From Chrysemys picta bellii (Eukaryota), in contig NC_088791.1 of the NCBI RefSeq assembly GCF_011386835.1, positions 88,536,001 to 88,600,000 of the forward strand: a stretch of DNA of 64,000 nt, given 5' to 3'. A program made the translations under genes and the position numbers. This document shows, piece by piece, positions 35,053 to 47,559 of this stretch; positions within the stretch are counted from its first letter, which is position 1, and each line of letters opens with the position of its first letter. The notes under the pieces were generated by a model. The model made no database searches. It saw only the letters and a program-made list of their open reading frames with translations, and was not told where the DNA came from.

Positions 35053-35224
35053 AGCGAACCATCCCATTGTCCACTCCCAGCATCTGGCAGTCAAAGGACA
35101 GTTTAGGGACATGCAGAGCATGGGCCTGCATCCCTGATTATCTTGGCTAATAGTCAATGTAGTTATCCTAAGGGACTGATCTAATTCTTTGTTCAACCCT
35201 TTCATAGTTTTGCCTTTCAAAATA

Positions 35225-35409
35225 CACCTCTACCTCAATATAACGCTGTCCTCGGGAGCCAAAAAATCTTACCGTGTTATAGGTGAAACCACGTTCAAAC
35301 TTGCTTTGATCCACCGGTGTGCGCAGCCCCGCCCCCCCTGGAGCACTGCTTTACCGCGTTGTATCTGAATTCGTGTTATATCGGGTCACGTTATATCGAG
35401 GTAGTGGTG
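35225..35409. mobile_element. Tc1/Mariner-type MITE (second copy inverted at 39315-39509)
   Basis: TA TSD with CACCTCTACC...GGTAGTGGTG termini; the two copies are homologous. Confidence 0.75.
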
Positions 35410-36167
35410 TATAATGAACACACATCTACAACCCCAAGATATCTTTACAACCACAAGAATTCTAAAATCATGAGTTATACACCCTTGAATCAAGAAATTT
35501 TAATAAATAAATGATATCTTTGTTTTATGTGCCTCTTTGTTCCTGAGCCTGTAAGGTGCAGTAAGGCCAGTTCCAATGCCTTGAGCCTAAACACCTGAAT
35601 GAATCTTAGTCTACCCTCATACTCCCAAACATTTAATATACCTAAGGCCATATCTACACTTTAAGTGTGGGTTAACTCAAGTTATGTCAGCATAGAGGCA
35701 CTACGGTTACTATGTCAAGTATCAGAGGGTAGCCGTGTTAATCTGTATCCACAAAAACAACAAGGAGTCTGGTGGCACCTTATCTGCTACAGGTTGCAAA
35801 TTGCTACAGATAGCAGTCTCACATGCCTATAGTGTGAGAGAATGCTATCTGTAGGAATTCGCTTCATCACATATATAGCAATGTTACAGGTAGCACATCC
35901 ATACAAATTGCAGTTTCTTACATGTATGTGTCAGAAACCGCTATCTTTAGGACTGTGCTACCTGCAGCAGCGACAGGTCCTACTTTGCTAAAAAAGGCCA
36001 TCTGATGTAGCTAATTCAAGCAGATAGCAGTCTCACATACCTACAGTGTGAGAAACTGCTATCTGTAGGAATTAGCTTCATCACATATATGGCAGTTACA
36101 GGTAGCATATCCCTACAGATTGCAGTTTCTTACACGTGTATGTGTGAAAATGCTATCTGTAGGACTG

Positions 36168-36725
36168 GTCTATCTTGCCTTTAGTAAGGCTTTTGATACT
36201 GTCTCCTATGACTTTCTCATAAACAAACTATGGAAATACAACCTAGATGGAGCTAAAATAAGATGGGTGCAAAACTAGTTGGAAAACAGTTCCAACAGTA
36301 GTTATCAGTGATTCACCAGGTTGAAAGGGCATAATGAGTGGGATTCTCCAGGGATCAGTTCTGGATAAGTTTCTATTCCAAATCTTAATCAATGATTGAG
36401 ATAATGGCATACAGAGTACAATTATAAAGTTTGTGAATGATAACAAGCTGCATGCACACAAAATGGGAAACGACTTCCTAGGAAGGAGTACTGCAGAAAG
36501 GGATCTGGACCACAAGCTGAATACGAGTACTCTGAAAAGGGATCTATGCAAAAAAACAGAACATCACTCTGGGATATCCGCTCTACTCTGCGCTGATTAG
36601 GCCTCAACTGGAGTATTGTGTCCAGTTATGGGCATCACATTTCAGGAAAGATGTGGACAAACTGGAGAGAGTCCAGAGAAAAGAAAAAAAAAAGTAAGGT
36701 CTAGAAAACATGACCTATGAGGGAA
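36168..36725 (+). mobile_element. CR1 LINE reverse-transcriptase fragment
   Basis: Degenerate VYLxFSKAFDTV...KL.KY.LD...IRWV and LVRPQLEYCVQ.W..HFRKDVDKLERVQR motifs. Confidence 0.88.
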
Positions 36726-36959
36726 GTAGCATCCTTTTACAAAAGCTGTTTCTTACAATCTATACGTATAAATAACGGCTACATATAGCACATTTCTACA
36801 TGTAGCAATTCCACATATATTATAGTGCAAGAAACTGCTACCTGGCTGTAGGCCTTTGCTACATCGGGTAGCAGTTTACTACAATGGCAGTTTCTTACAC
36901 TCCATTACGTATCGGTAGCACATTCCTACGCGGAGCAGTTTAATACACTACACCTGTGA

Positions 36960-37560
36960 TTTAAAAGGGCTAGCGCAGCAGCAGCGTCCGGAGCCCCAGG
37001 CCCTTTATATCAACACGGGAGCCCTGGGCGGCTCGGAAGGGCTGGATGTGGGATGCTGAGCCCCTCCAGCCCCACCCCGCCCCTTCCGCCCGAGGCCCCG
37101 CCTAGTGTCCTGACTTGCTTTCACTCCTGCTTCCCTCCTCCATGGTGTGGGGCGCCTCGGCCCCCGGAGCGAGGGGAGAAGCGGGGCGCTGCAGCCGCGG
37201 CCCACGCAGACTTGGCTGGGCTTGGAAGAGGAACTGCAGGTGCGAGGGGGCTTCGCGGGGCGGCTCCCTGCAGCGGACACCACCGCAGCAAGGAAGGGGA
37301 CGGGGCGGGGCCGGCTCGGAGAAGGGCGGGGTTGCAGCCCCGGGAGCGCAGCGCGGAGGGTGGGAGGGAATGGGGAGCGCGCTGCGGGGTGAGCTGAAGA
37401 GGGGCGGGACCGGGAGTCATCGGGCCGGTGGCTCCTTCCTGGACATGGCAGCGGTGAGCTCAGGTCTGTAAGCGCTGGGGGTGCCCTGCTCCCTCCCATC
37501 CCGCTGGGCCTTCTGCTGTGCGCCTGTGGTAAGGCACTTCAGCGTCACTGCAGGCAGCAC
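36960..37560 (+). promoter_or_regulatory. CpG island, probable promoter and first exon region of the butyrophilin-like gene
   Basis: CpG-dense with GC boxes (GGGGCGGGG), about 0.8 kb upstream of the signal-peptide exon. Confidence 0.6.
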
Positions 37561-38364
37561 CTGGCCTTTGTAGGTGACTATTACTTGTTAGAAATCCCAT
37601 CATGGGCCAGGAGCCAGGGGTGCTGGGACAGTTTGTATAGTGGGGGTGCTGGTGTAACGCGCTCAGCTCCTGGCTGTGTTCTGTCCCATCTAGTTACATG
37701 GAGAGAGATGAATGAGTTTGCTCTACAGCCTTAGCTAACAGCCAGTGGCTCTTAGCTAAGGCTGTAGTGAAAACTCATTTCATCTTTCTCTAAGTGGTCT
37801 TGGTGCCAGTAGATGGGACAGAACACCACAGCCTGTCAAGTGGTGTGGATAGAGGTCAGGGGGGTAGTCACAGGACTGGGAGCAGGGGTGTTGGATGGGG
37901 TGGGGTCCTGCAGGACCTGTTGGGGGTGAGGGTGTGTATAGGGGTTGGGGGACTGTCAGGGGACTGGGAGTGGGGGTGTGGATAAGGGGTAGGTCCTGGG
38001 TGGTGGATAAGGGGTAGGGGGTCCTGGGATGGGGCGGTTGGATGGGTCAGGGGTTCTGGGATGGGAAGTGGGAGGGGGCAAATAGGGGGTGAGGGCCAGG
38101 CTGTTTGGGGAGGCACAGCCTTCCCTACCCGGTCCTCCATACAGTTTTGCAACCCCAATGTGGCCCTCAGGCCAAAAAGTTTGCCCATCCCTGGACTAGA
38201 CTATAAACTCCTAATTCTCCCACCATAGCCTGAAAAATGTAGTTTGAACCTCATTATTTTCACCTGGCAGAAAGTGTGGTTTGATTTGTGAATGTTCTCC
38301 AGACCCATCCCCCGGAATTTTCTGAACATTGGTGTGAACTCTTCTGTTTTGTGTTTTAGGGGTT

Positions 38365-38437
38365 ATGGAACTGTCTGCCAGGAGTGGGCTCTGGGCCTTT
38401 GCCTTCTTCTGCCATGTAGGAATCCTGGTCTCCTCAG
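38365..38437 (+). CDS. BTN-like signal-peptide exon
   Basis: MELSARSGLWAFAFFCHVGILVSS; acceptor TTTTAG|38360, donor GTAAGC. Confidence 0.75.
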
Positions 38438-41400
38438 GTAAGCAGGATCTTGACCTGAATCCCAAGTCACAACCTTCTCTCTGATCTTTACCTTAGCCAC
38501 GTGGTGGGAGAAGGGGCCACTTCTACCCACGAACCATGTGAACAGAATCACAACAGCGCCACCAAGGCAGGTGGGAGGGAACGAGGAGTGAATTCACATA
38601 GAAATAGGGGTTGTTCATGAGACGGCTCTTGCACTGCTGTACGGTTTGAATGGCAGCACTGCATAAGAGCAGAAGTCCAGGGAAGAAAGGAAAAGAGGAA
38701 AATAATTTGATCCACATCATGAAGGGCAGTAGAAGAATGGAAGTGAATAATTATAGAGCACAGGCCCTTTGGGTTAAGGAGGAGGCTAATAGTAAAATTT
38801 TTGGGGTGGGATTGAAGCGATTAAAGAGTCCTGGAGGATAGGAAATCAAGGCCACTTGCTCAGGCAATTTAGAGACAAAGGGGAAAAAGGAGATGAAGTA
38901 GGGATAGCTCAGTGGTTTGAGCATTGGCCTGCTAAACCCAGGGTTGTGAGTTCAGTCTTTGAGGGGGCCACTTAGGGATCTGGGGCAAAAATCAGTACTT
39001 GGTCGTCCTAGTGAAGGCAGGGGGCTGGACTCGATGACCTTTCAAGGTCCTTTCCAGTTCTAGGAGATGGGATATCTCCATTATTTCTTGGTTGGTGAAA
39101 TAGAAGGAAGGTTTCTTAGGGCTATGGAGAGCAAAGAAGAAAGGAGCTGTAGGAGAAAGAGAGGTTGTAAACAAGCGATCCGGGGGGTGGGAGGTGATTT
39201 TTTTTTAAATGTATTTCTACCAGAATGGGAGTGGAAGGGATAATTTTCCTTGCATATATTTATTTAGGTGAAACAAACAAGCAAACAAAACCCACAAAAA
39301 CATAAAACAATATACACTTCTACCCTGATATAACGTGACCCGATATAACATGAATTTGGATATAATGCAGTAAAGCAGTGCTCTGGGGGGTGGGGCTGCG
39401 TGCTCCGGCGGATCAAAGCAAGTTCAATATAACGCGGTTTCACCTATAACGCAGTAAGATTTTTTTTTTTTTTTTGGCTCCCGAGGACAGCGTTATATTG
39501 GGATAGGTGTACTATGTTAGGCGTATCAAGTGGTGGTGTAAGATATCAAGAACTAAAGCTGATCAAACTGTTTGTCCCTAATGTAGGTCCCTTTCTGATC
39601 AGATCCATGCATCAATCCTGTTCTGTAGTAAGGTTGAAGCAAATAACGTACATGCAAACAAACTTTTGACAATTTGTTGTGTGATTGGTCGCTTAACTCA
39701 CATGCTATTGTTATTGCCTACTGATGTTGCGAATGAACTCTTTGCATGGGAGAATAATAAATGGCTGGTAAATAACCAGTAACACACCTCTACTGTGAAT
39801 TTTCCGATGAGTGCTCACTTATGTTAAAATTCATGACACTTCAGGCTTCACAAACATTTTCGCAAATGCCTGGCACTTGTTTGAGTACTCGTGATTGACT
39901 GAATTTTACCCCATGAATATAAATGGCCCAAACTCTGTGCTTTTATTCCTGAAAATCAGTAGTGAATGAATTTTCTCAATATTTCTCCATCTTTATCAAG
40001 AACCTTAATTCTTTACCAATCGCCCATTCACCTCGCACCTGGACATAGATCATAAACACACCTGGCTCAGGAATCACATGGCTTATAGTATTGTTGGATT
40101 TGGGCTATGGAGCCTTTTACTCCTAGGACATTAGTTCCAAATTGGGATGATGAGGTGGGAGTGAATTTGACAGAGGATCACCCAATAATTTTACTCCATG
40201 TATCTCCTAAATGGGACAGAGAGGACATTTCCCTGTTCACCTGTCATTGTGAGTCTCTTAAATCAAGACAGGTGCTGAATGGAGTCTCTAGGAAATGTTT
40301 GCAGATACAGGGCTCGATCCTGAGAAGTGCTATGTGCACTTGCTGGGGGATTGTCCAGTGCTCTTGGCTCCCCATTTTAGGATTGGGGCATACTGGTTAA
40401 TGTGGCTGGGTTGGAGAGACACGTTAGTGAGCAGGAAATCTGCCTGGACCATGGTAGTGGTAACAGATGGTGAGAGTTGTGAGTGGTGATGTATGGGCTG
40501 TTGACAGTGATGCTGGGTAGGGCTGGTGGTAAGCAATTCTAGTATTTTCAGGTTATTATGCCATGTTCTTTCCCAGTGCTATCAGATTTAAAAGGAGTAG
40601 CTCCCACTCTACCTGCTGGATGCTTGGGTTGCCCAGGATGCTCCTCTGCATGATTTCCCCCTGTGTACTGATGGTCATAGTCTCCTTTGTCACTCTGTTG
40701 GAGTTTAGGTTTTTGGTGATGAAGATGGTTGGTAGTAATAGCGAGGAGAACTACAGTGATGGGAATGCAGATGGTTATAATCCAGAATGTGGTGTAGGTG
40801 GGGTTTGGCGATGTTGGAACTGAATAGACAATAAGGTGCTGGTGTAATTAATACCTTTCATGATATCCCTTTCAGAAAGCTTTACCCTGAAAGGATCAGA
40901 TTCTCCAGTGATTGCCACAGTTGGCACAGATGTCATCCTTCCATGCCAACTTTCAGCTAGGACCGATGCCAAACAGATGGAAGTGAGATGGCATAGCAGT
41001 GAGATTCCTGGCCTAACACATCATTATGTAAATGGGCAGGATGCCCCGCAGAAGCAGAACTCACACTACCGGGGAAGGACAGAGCTGTTCAAGGAGGAGC
41101 TTCCCAATGGCAATGTCTCTCTACTGTTAAAGAAGGTTCAGGTGGCAGATGGAGGCAGCTATGTCTGCTTTGTTGGCAACAAATTGAATTATTTGGAAGG
41201 CCTTGTGGAGTTAAAGGTTGGAGGTAAAGTAGGCTCTTGTTGTCAATGAATTGCTTTTCTGTTTTAGCAGGTGACATGTCCTTCACTTACATGTATCCCC
41301 CGCAAACACACACACATTTTCCTCTGGCATTCTTTTGTTTCATTTCAAATCTCTGCCAGATACCTAAGCAGTTATTATCCACCTCTAGTCACCCAGATGC

Positions 41401-44400
41401 CATGGCAGCTGGCAGCAGTTACTGAGAGGCCTTGGTGACTGGCTGTGGCTACAGAGGGCCATGATGTTCCTCTGATGGATACACATTATCATAGAGCATC
41501 AATGCACATGTTAATGATACCAACATGATGAATCCTTTCCCTCCCAATGGGAACAAAGTAATGGTGTTTCCATGTCGAGTAAGCTAATATTGCTTTGTTT
41601 GCTTTGACACAGCTGTTGGCACAGGCCCCACAATCTCTGTGCACCGTTCCCAGGACCAGGCAGTGACACTCACTTGCAGTTCAGAAGAGTGGTATCCGGA
41701 ACCAGCAATACTTTGGACCGACAGGCATGGTCAAAGACAGAACTCAACTATGTCATCTGTAAAAGATGTTCAAGGTCTACACAATATTCACAGTCACGTG
41801 GATGTGAAAGATAACAAGAACCAGGTCTTGGTGTGTCAGCTCCAAAGCAACTTCTGGGACCAGACAAGACAGTCGGCGCTGCAACTTTCCAGTAAGGCTA
41901 TCCTGTTCCAAAGAGTTTGTCTGGGCAGTAGAAGACTGGGTAATGGTTTGCCGGACATAAATGGTTGGACATAAATGGTTAGGGCAGGACAGAACCACAG
42001 AAAGCAGGAGCTTTACAGTGTGCCTTCTTGGAATTTCTAGTCCCTCTGAACATCTCCTCCTCTTTATTTTCTATATAGCATTTAAAAATGCATAGTATCG
42101 TATGTTGTAGCTGGGGCTTATGGTGGATGAGGGAATCTAGATGAGATGCTTGTAGTTTGGAGGATCCCAGTAGGATTCATGGAGGATGGGGGCTTTAGAG
42201 CTGCTTGTGGAGCAGGGGTGGGCAAACTTTTTGGCCCGAGGGCCACATTGGGGTTGCAAAAGTATATGGAGGGCCGGGTAGGAAAGGCTGTGCCTCCCCC
42301 AAACAACCTGGCCCTCGCCCCCATCCGAAGCCTCCCACTTCCCGCCCCCTGACTGTCCCCCTCAGAACCCCTGACCCATCCTAACCCCACCCTGCTCCTT
42401 GTCCCCTAACCGCACCCAGGACCCCACCCCATCCAGCCCCCCCTGCTACCTCTCCCCTGACTGCCCCGACCCCTATCCACACCCCTGCTCCTTGACAGGC
42501 CCCCCGGGACCGCACGCCTATCCAACCCCCACTGTTCCCCATCCCCTGACCCCTATCCACACACCCCGTCCCCTGACTGCCCCCCCAGAATCTCGCCCCA
42601 TCCAACTGCTCCATGTCCCCTGACTGCCCCCTGGGATCCCTGCCCCTTATCCAACCCCCCGACCACCTTACCATGACGCTCAGATAAGCATGTCTGGCAG
42701 CCTCGCCTCCCGGCCGGAGCCAAACACGCTGCAGCTCTGCTCAGCAGGAGCGTGCAACCCCTCGCCCAGAGCTCTGCCTGCGCGGCGGTGTGGCTGCGGG
42801 TGAGGGGAGACAGCGGGGGAGGGGCCGGGGGCTAGCCTCCCTGGCTGGGAGCTCAAGGGCCGGGCAGGACGGTCCCGTGAGCAAGATGTGGCTCCTGGGC
42901 CATAGTTTGCCCACCTCTGGAATGGAGTGTCTTAAATGTGGACACATGGCATGAAGAATATCAGTGAGACACCCTGAGACTCCTTCCAATTTTAAAGTTA
43001 TTTTCTTCCTGAACTAACAACCCACTCCTTTCATTTCAGGTGATTTATTCCCATATGATAAACATCCATATGTAGTCACCACAGTAATATTATGTCTATC
43101 GCTCGTTATATTGGGTGTGGTTACAGGCTTCATATTCAAAACAGAGAGAGAATCCAAAGGTACGTTCCTGGTCCTTTCCCAGTGTAGAATATTCTCCATA
43201 GAGAAATGCATCCTGAGATAGAGATTAAAAGCAATAAATAGGTAGGGAATGTGTGATGGGACAGAAACATCAATAAGATACAAATGTTACTATTTTCAAC
43301 TCCTGTGACTGATTGGTTCTGCCTCTTGGCCCTGAGAATTTCCTCTGTTACATTTAGCTTTCCCGGGCTCTTATTTTTACCAACATTTTATCCTATTTTG
43401 CTGAAGTAGATCTCTGTGGGAAGGAGACCCTTTGATCATGGGAATGTAGCGTCAACTCAGGATGAGGGTATTGCGTAGGTTGGCTCAGGATGGACACATT
43501 GATGTAGGTATAATACCAGTTGATGGTCTCTTCTTTGCACATTCCTCTCTTCTCTTTTCTTCCCTCAGGAAAGCTTCAGATTGCAAAAGGTATGTAATTT
43601 GTTTTTCTAGAATGGACTCCTTTGATCTCTCTCTGCATCTTCCTCTTTTCATTACTGTTTGTCTCTCCCAGTCCCTGCTGTTCTATCATGTTCGTCTGTG
43701 TTTCTCTCTCAGGAGCCTGAGGATTTGTTCAGAAGGATAATTCTGTCTCTTCACTGATGGGTGTGCACCCCCCTCTTGGGTTGTTGAGTGAGACAGTTGG
43801 TGATTCTCCTTTTCAGTGTGGGATAACTGTTATAACTTATAACATGTTCAAGTTCACTAATGTTTTACACATGCCCTGCTGGCACACGCCCCAACCACAC
43901 ATGGAACACACAGGTATCCTGGGTATTGCTGGCTGTGACTGGATTTCTATGATCCTGTCTTTCTGATGTTAGATTTTTGGACCTGCTTTAGTGACTCCAT
44001 AGTTAAGGTTCCAAGACAGTTGTCATTATAAGCCAATTTTTGACCTTTGTCTATAATTTCCTTAAAGCAAACAAAACCCAAACTTACTTTCTTCTTGAAA
44101 TTTGGCATGTGTGATCTCATAGCATGAAGAGGTGTTTTTTATTTATAATTTTGAAAGTTTGAGGTTAATCTGAGAAGGCAGTTTGGGGAATCTGAGACTT
44201 TGATTTGAGTGATGACTGGTGTTCTAATTTTTGAAAAATCTAACTTTATGTATCTCACTGTGATCTAGAAACAGCAGATTTCTTATTCTCTAGTTTTTAG
44301 TGACCTCTATCAGACCTTAGAAAGTCCACTCAGGGGGGTGCATGTGCAAGGGGAGGATATGTACTTCTCCCCATGCTTTCTTGACTTCTCTGTTCTTCGT

Positions 44401-47400
44401 GCTCCTAAATACTCCTCCATAGGAGTTCCCCAAAAATGGGGGGCCTCCTTCTGGCATATGTCAAAGTGCTCGGTAATAGTGGGCAAAGTGCATGCTGGAT
44501 AAAGGGAGGGGGAGGACTTTGACGGCAGGGGAAATGGCAGCATGCTGAAAAAGGCATTTCTTCCAACCTGCTACCTGAGTTCCATGGAAGAGACATGGGG
44601 AGTGAAGGACTCCTTCTCTGGTTGCTTCCTGCTGCTCCCTGGTTTGGTCTCCAGAACTTCCTATCAGCTTGACAGATGTGAACATTCCATTCTGGAGAAC
44701 TTATTTAAAATATCAAATTAAAGTAATCTTTGGTCCTGTGCACTAGATCTCAACTAACTGAATTCAGTAAACTATGTTTTATCTTCCTGCCTTGTTCTGT
44801 TTTCTTGCTAGATAATACACAGGTATAGATATCTGTCTATATTAAACTCTAAGCACCTATGGACATTTTTTTTTAAGTGAGTATTTAAAGTTAAGTTTCT
44901 AAGCTCATATTTAAATAGCAAACTAAGAGGCCCAATTTTTCAAAAGTACTGACCACCCAGCAGCTCCCATTGATTTCACTGAAGCTGCTGGGTATAAATC
45001 ACTTTAGAAAGTCAGAGTCCTGTGGCACCTTTAAGACTAACAGAAGTATTGGAGCATAAGCTTTCGTGGGTGAATACCCACTTCGTCAGACATGCATCTG
45101 ACAGAGTGGGTATTTACCCACGAAAGCTTATGCTCCAATACTTCTGTTAGCCTTAAAGGTGCCACAGGACTCTCTCTGCTTTTTACAGATCCAGACTAAC
45201 ACGGCTACCCCTCTGATACTTTAGAAAGTCAGGTAATTTATTTTAGGTATTTCAGTGTGTATATAGGTGGAGTCTAAGTGTAAGTATGAACTTTTGGAGT
45301 TGGCCCTCTTTTTTTTTTTTTTTTTTTTTTTTTAAAAGGTGTCACAACCAATGAACTCCTTGTCTGGTTCATTTCAAATCTGGCAGAAGAATTCTATCTC
45401 AGTGACATACCTAACTTACCAGTTTTGAGACTGCTAGTTCTTTTTCTGTGGATTGTAAGAGGAGTGTCCCAATCTGGTTTATAGTGCAAACTCCGTTAAC
45501 TTTGGTATTCTTTCCTAACTTCCCTTGTTTCACATTTCAGAGCTATTGAAGGCCCGAAACTCAGTTGGTGAGTAACCAAAAAAAGTTACTTCAGGATCTC
45601 AGTGAAATTACCTCCTTTTTAGTCCAGCATCACATTCTGAAGGTCTGTCCTCTGCTCCGTGTACTTGAAGAACTTACCTCAGTAATGGAGGTGGACAAGC
45701 TAAATCCAGTGTCTTGCCCTCTTGCTGGAGAGGAATGATTATTCAAAGAATGGGTGGGAGGGAACTATAAAAAGGAGAGGAACTGGTGAGCCTTCCTGAA
45801 AGCTGTAGCTCAGTCATAGTCTGTCACCACTGCGTCAAATTCCTTTTTCTTATTATTGGGTTTCTTGGGGACCTGACTAGACCTCATTGCAGGGGGATAA
45901 ATCCACATGAAAGTTAGTAGTTATGCGAAATCATTGGAGTTACTCTAATTTACATTGGTGTCACTGAGAGCAGAGTTTGTGTGTGAAATTGGACAGTACC
46001 TCCCAGAGTGACCTAAAGGGAGTCTCGGCCAATCAAAGTGTGATTTTTTTTTTTTTTTTTTTCTTCCCCGCCCCCTCCCCCCCTGAAAATTGTGTTTGTA
46101 AAAACAGTCCAGTGGGATTCCATAGTTATTGTCTGTCAAGAATTTCCACAGGAAATTTGCTTAATTTACAAATAAAAAGATACCTTTTCAGCCACCAGTT
46201 ATAAAACACAATCTGGGCTCTGAAAGTCCAGCTAGGGTCTTTCCTGCAACCTGAGTGTCTCCAAATTTAAGCCATCACTGACACCTGTGCAACCCCCATT
46301 CAGTGCATTTGGCCAGGTGTAACTGAGATTTAATGAAGACTTCTGTTAATAAACTACAAGAAGGAATGGAATCTAGATAAGAGAGTTATCTGTGTGGCAC
46401 TCACAGGTAAAACTCTGCAAATCTGCAGTTATCCGCTTTATATCCGCCAACCACGTTTGCGGATCACAGATGCAGATACAAATTTTGTATGTGCGCAGAG
46501 CTTTACTCACAGGAGCAAGAAGCAGTATTTTAGTCAGTAAAGTAAGCAGATATAATTTTGGATACACTCAGGGCACAGCTCTGGTGAGTAAGAAGAAACA
46601 ATGTTTACTATAATATGTTTCTACTCTGAAAATTATTTAAGGCTATAGAGGGACCTCAGGGAATCAGGAAGACAGGTAGTGAATGTAGGGGATGCTTCTA
46701 TGAATTGGGTGATGTAGGAAGTGAAAGATCACCCATGTGTGTGTGGGTTTTTTTTTTTTTTACCCCCATGTGTCTCCATTTAACTGTACAGTGCAAATCA
46801 GATTGGATCCTAAAACAGCCCATCCCAACCTTCATATTTCATCGGATTGCCTACGTGTAAACCACACTGACCAGAAGCAAGAGGTGACAGATACTCCGGA
46901 GAGATTTGATGGATGGGCCTGCGTGCTAGGATCTGAAACCCTCAGAGCTGAGAGAGAATATTACTGGGAAGTGTATGTGGGAAATAAGACAGACTGGGAT
47001 CTTGGGGTAACAAACGGGAAGGCTAATAGGAAAGGCTGGCAAGATTTGAAGCCAGAGAATGGGTACTGGGGGATACGATTTTTTAACAATACTGATTATA
47101 TAGCCTTAGTGGATCCTCCAGTTAAACTAAGACTTGGTAAACAGTCTAAAGTAGTTGGGGTTCTCTTGGATGGTAAGGCTCAGAGGTTAAATTTCTATGA
47201 TGTTTCAGAAATGTCTCACATCTACACTTTTACCCTGAATTCCTCTCTGGATGTATACCCCTATTTCTGTCCTGGTCTGAACAAAAATGGGAAAAACAAA
47301 GACCCTCTCCAACTTTGCTTTCCCTCTCATGGCTTCTGTGACCTCATGTCTTCAACTTCCATTCCTTCATCTCCTACCCCCACATTGGAGCTCTTGGGTG

Positions 47401-47543
47401 GCAATAATGGAAAGGATGTGGCTGCAGAACACTCCAGCCTCAACAACGATGCTGCTGCCACCCTTCCATTTCTACCCCAGGCTCCTTTCGTACAGAAGCA
47501 GGAGCCAACCCCTCTATATGGCAATATGCACAAATGTGGATAG
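38365..47543 (+). CDS. Butyrophilin-like protein (signal, IgV, IgC, TM, heptad exons, B30.2/PRY-SPRY, C-terminal tail), predicted 539 aa
   Basis: Exons 38365-38437, 40876-41223, 41613-41891, 43040-43159, 43569-43589, 45541-45567, 46792-47543. All phase-1 GT-AG, total 1620 nt in frame. The 348-nt IgV and 21/27-nt small exons are typical of BTN genes. Extra small exons may be missed. Confidence 0.85.
38901..39085 (+). mobile_element. tRNA-derived SINE with CR1-like tail (tortoise PolIII/SINE type)
   Basis: A box TAGCTCAGTGG and B-box-like GAGTTCAGTC in a tRNA-like head; tail GGACTCGATGACCTTTCAAGGTCC..TTCCAGTTCT. Confidence 0.8.
40876..41223 (+). CDS. BTN-like IgV exon
   Basis: DVILPCQLS, MEVRW, YRGRTELFKEEL..GNVSL.L..V...D.GSY.CFV. 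Confidence 0.93.
41613..41891 (+). CDS. BTN-like IgC exon
   Basis: VTLTCSSEEWYPEPAILWTD...VLVCQLQS. Confidence 0.9.
42213..42919. mobile_element. hAT-type MITE (partial inverted copy at about 37830-38193)
   Basis: TIR CAGGGGTGGGCAAACT/AGTTTGCCCACCTCTG; partially conserved TSD (..TGGAG). Confidence 0.8.
43040..43159 (+). CDS. BTN-like transmembrane exon
   Basis: YVVTTVILCLSLVILGVVTGFIFKTERESK; AG/GT flanks. Confidence 0.85.
45016..45217. mobile_element. Palindromic retroposed repeat (probably Penelope-derived); copies at 57884-58102 and partial at about 35718-35781
   Basis: 67-bp inverted arms 45016-45082 and 45105-45171; 15-bp direct flanks ACTTTAGAAAGTCAG. Confidence 0.7.
46792..47543 (+). 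CDS. BTN-like B30.2 (PRY/SPRY) exon plus tail
   Basis: LDPKTAHPNL, ERFD...CVLG, YYWEVYVG....WDLGV, PENGYW, VGVLLD, FYDVS, YPYF. Confidence 0.95.
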
Positions 47544-47559
47544 GTTCTGAGTTAGTTCT

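Noticed and set aside
34498-35220. Gly/Ala/Pro-rich ORFs on both strands
   Set aside because: Inside a GC-rich hAT MITE with a clear TSD.
43713-43735. Possible additional BTN heptad exon after a good acceptor
   Set aside because: Gives an in-frame TGA at phase 1 and lacks a GT donor; at most a dead exon.
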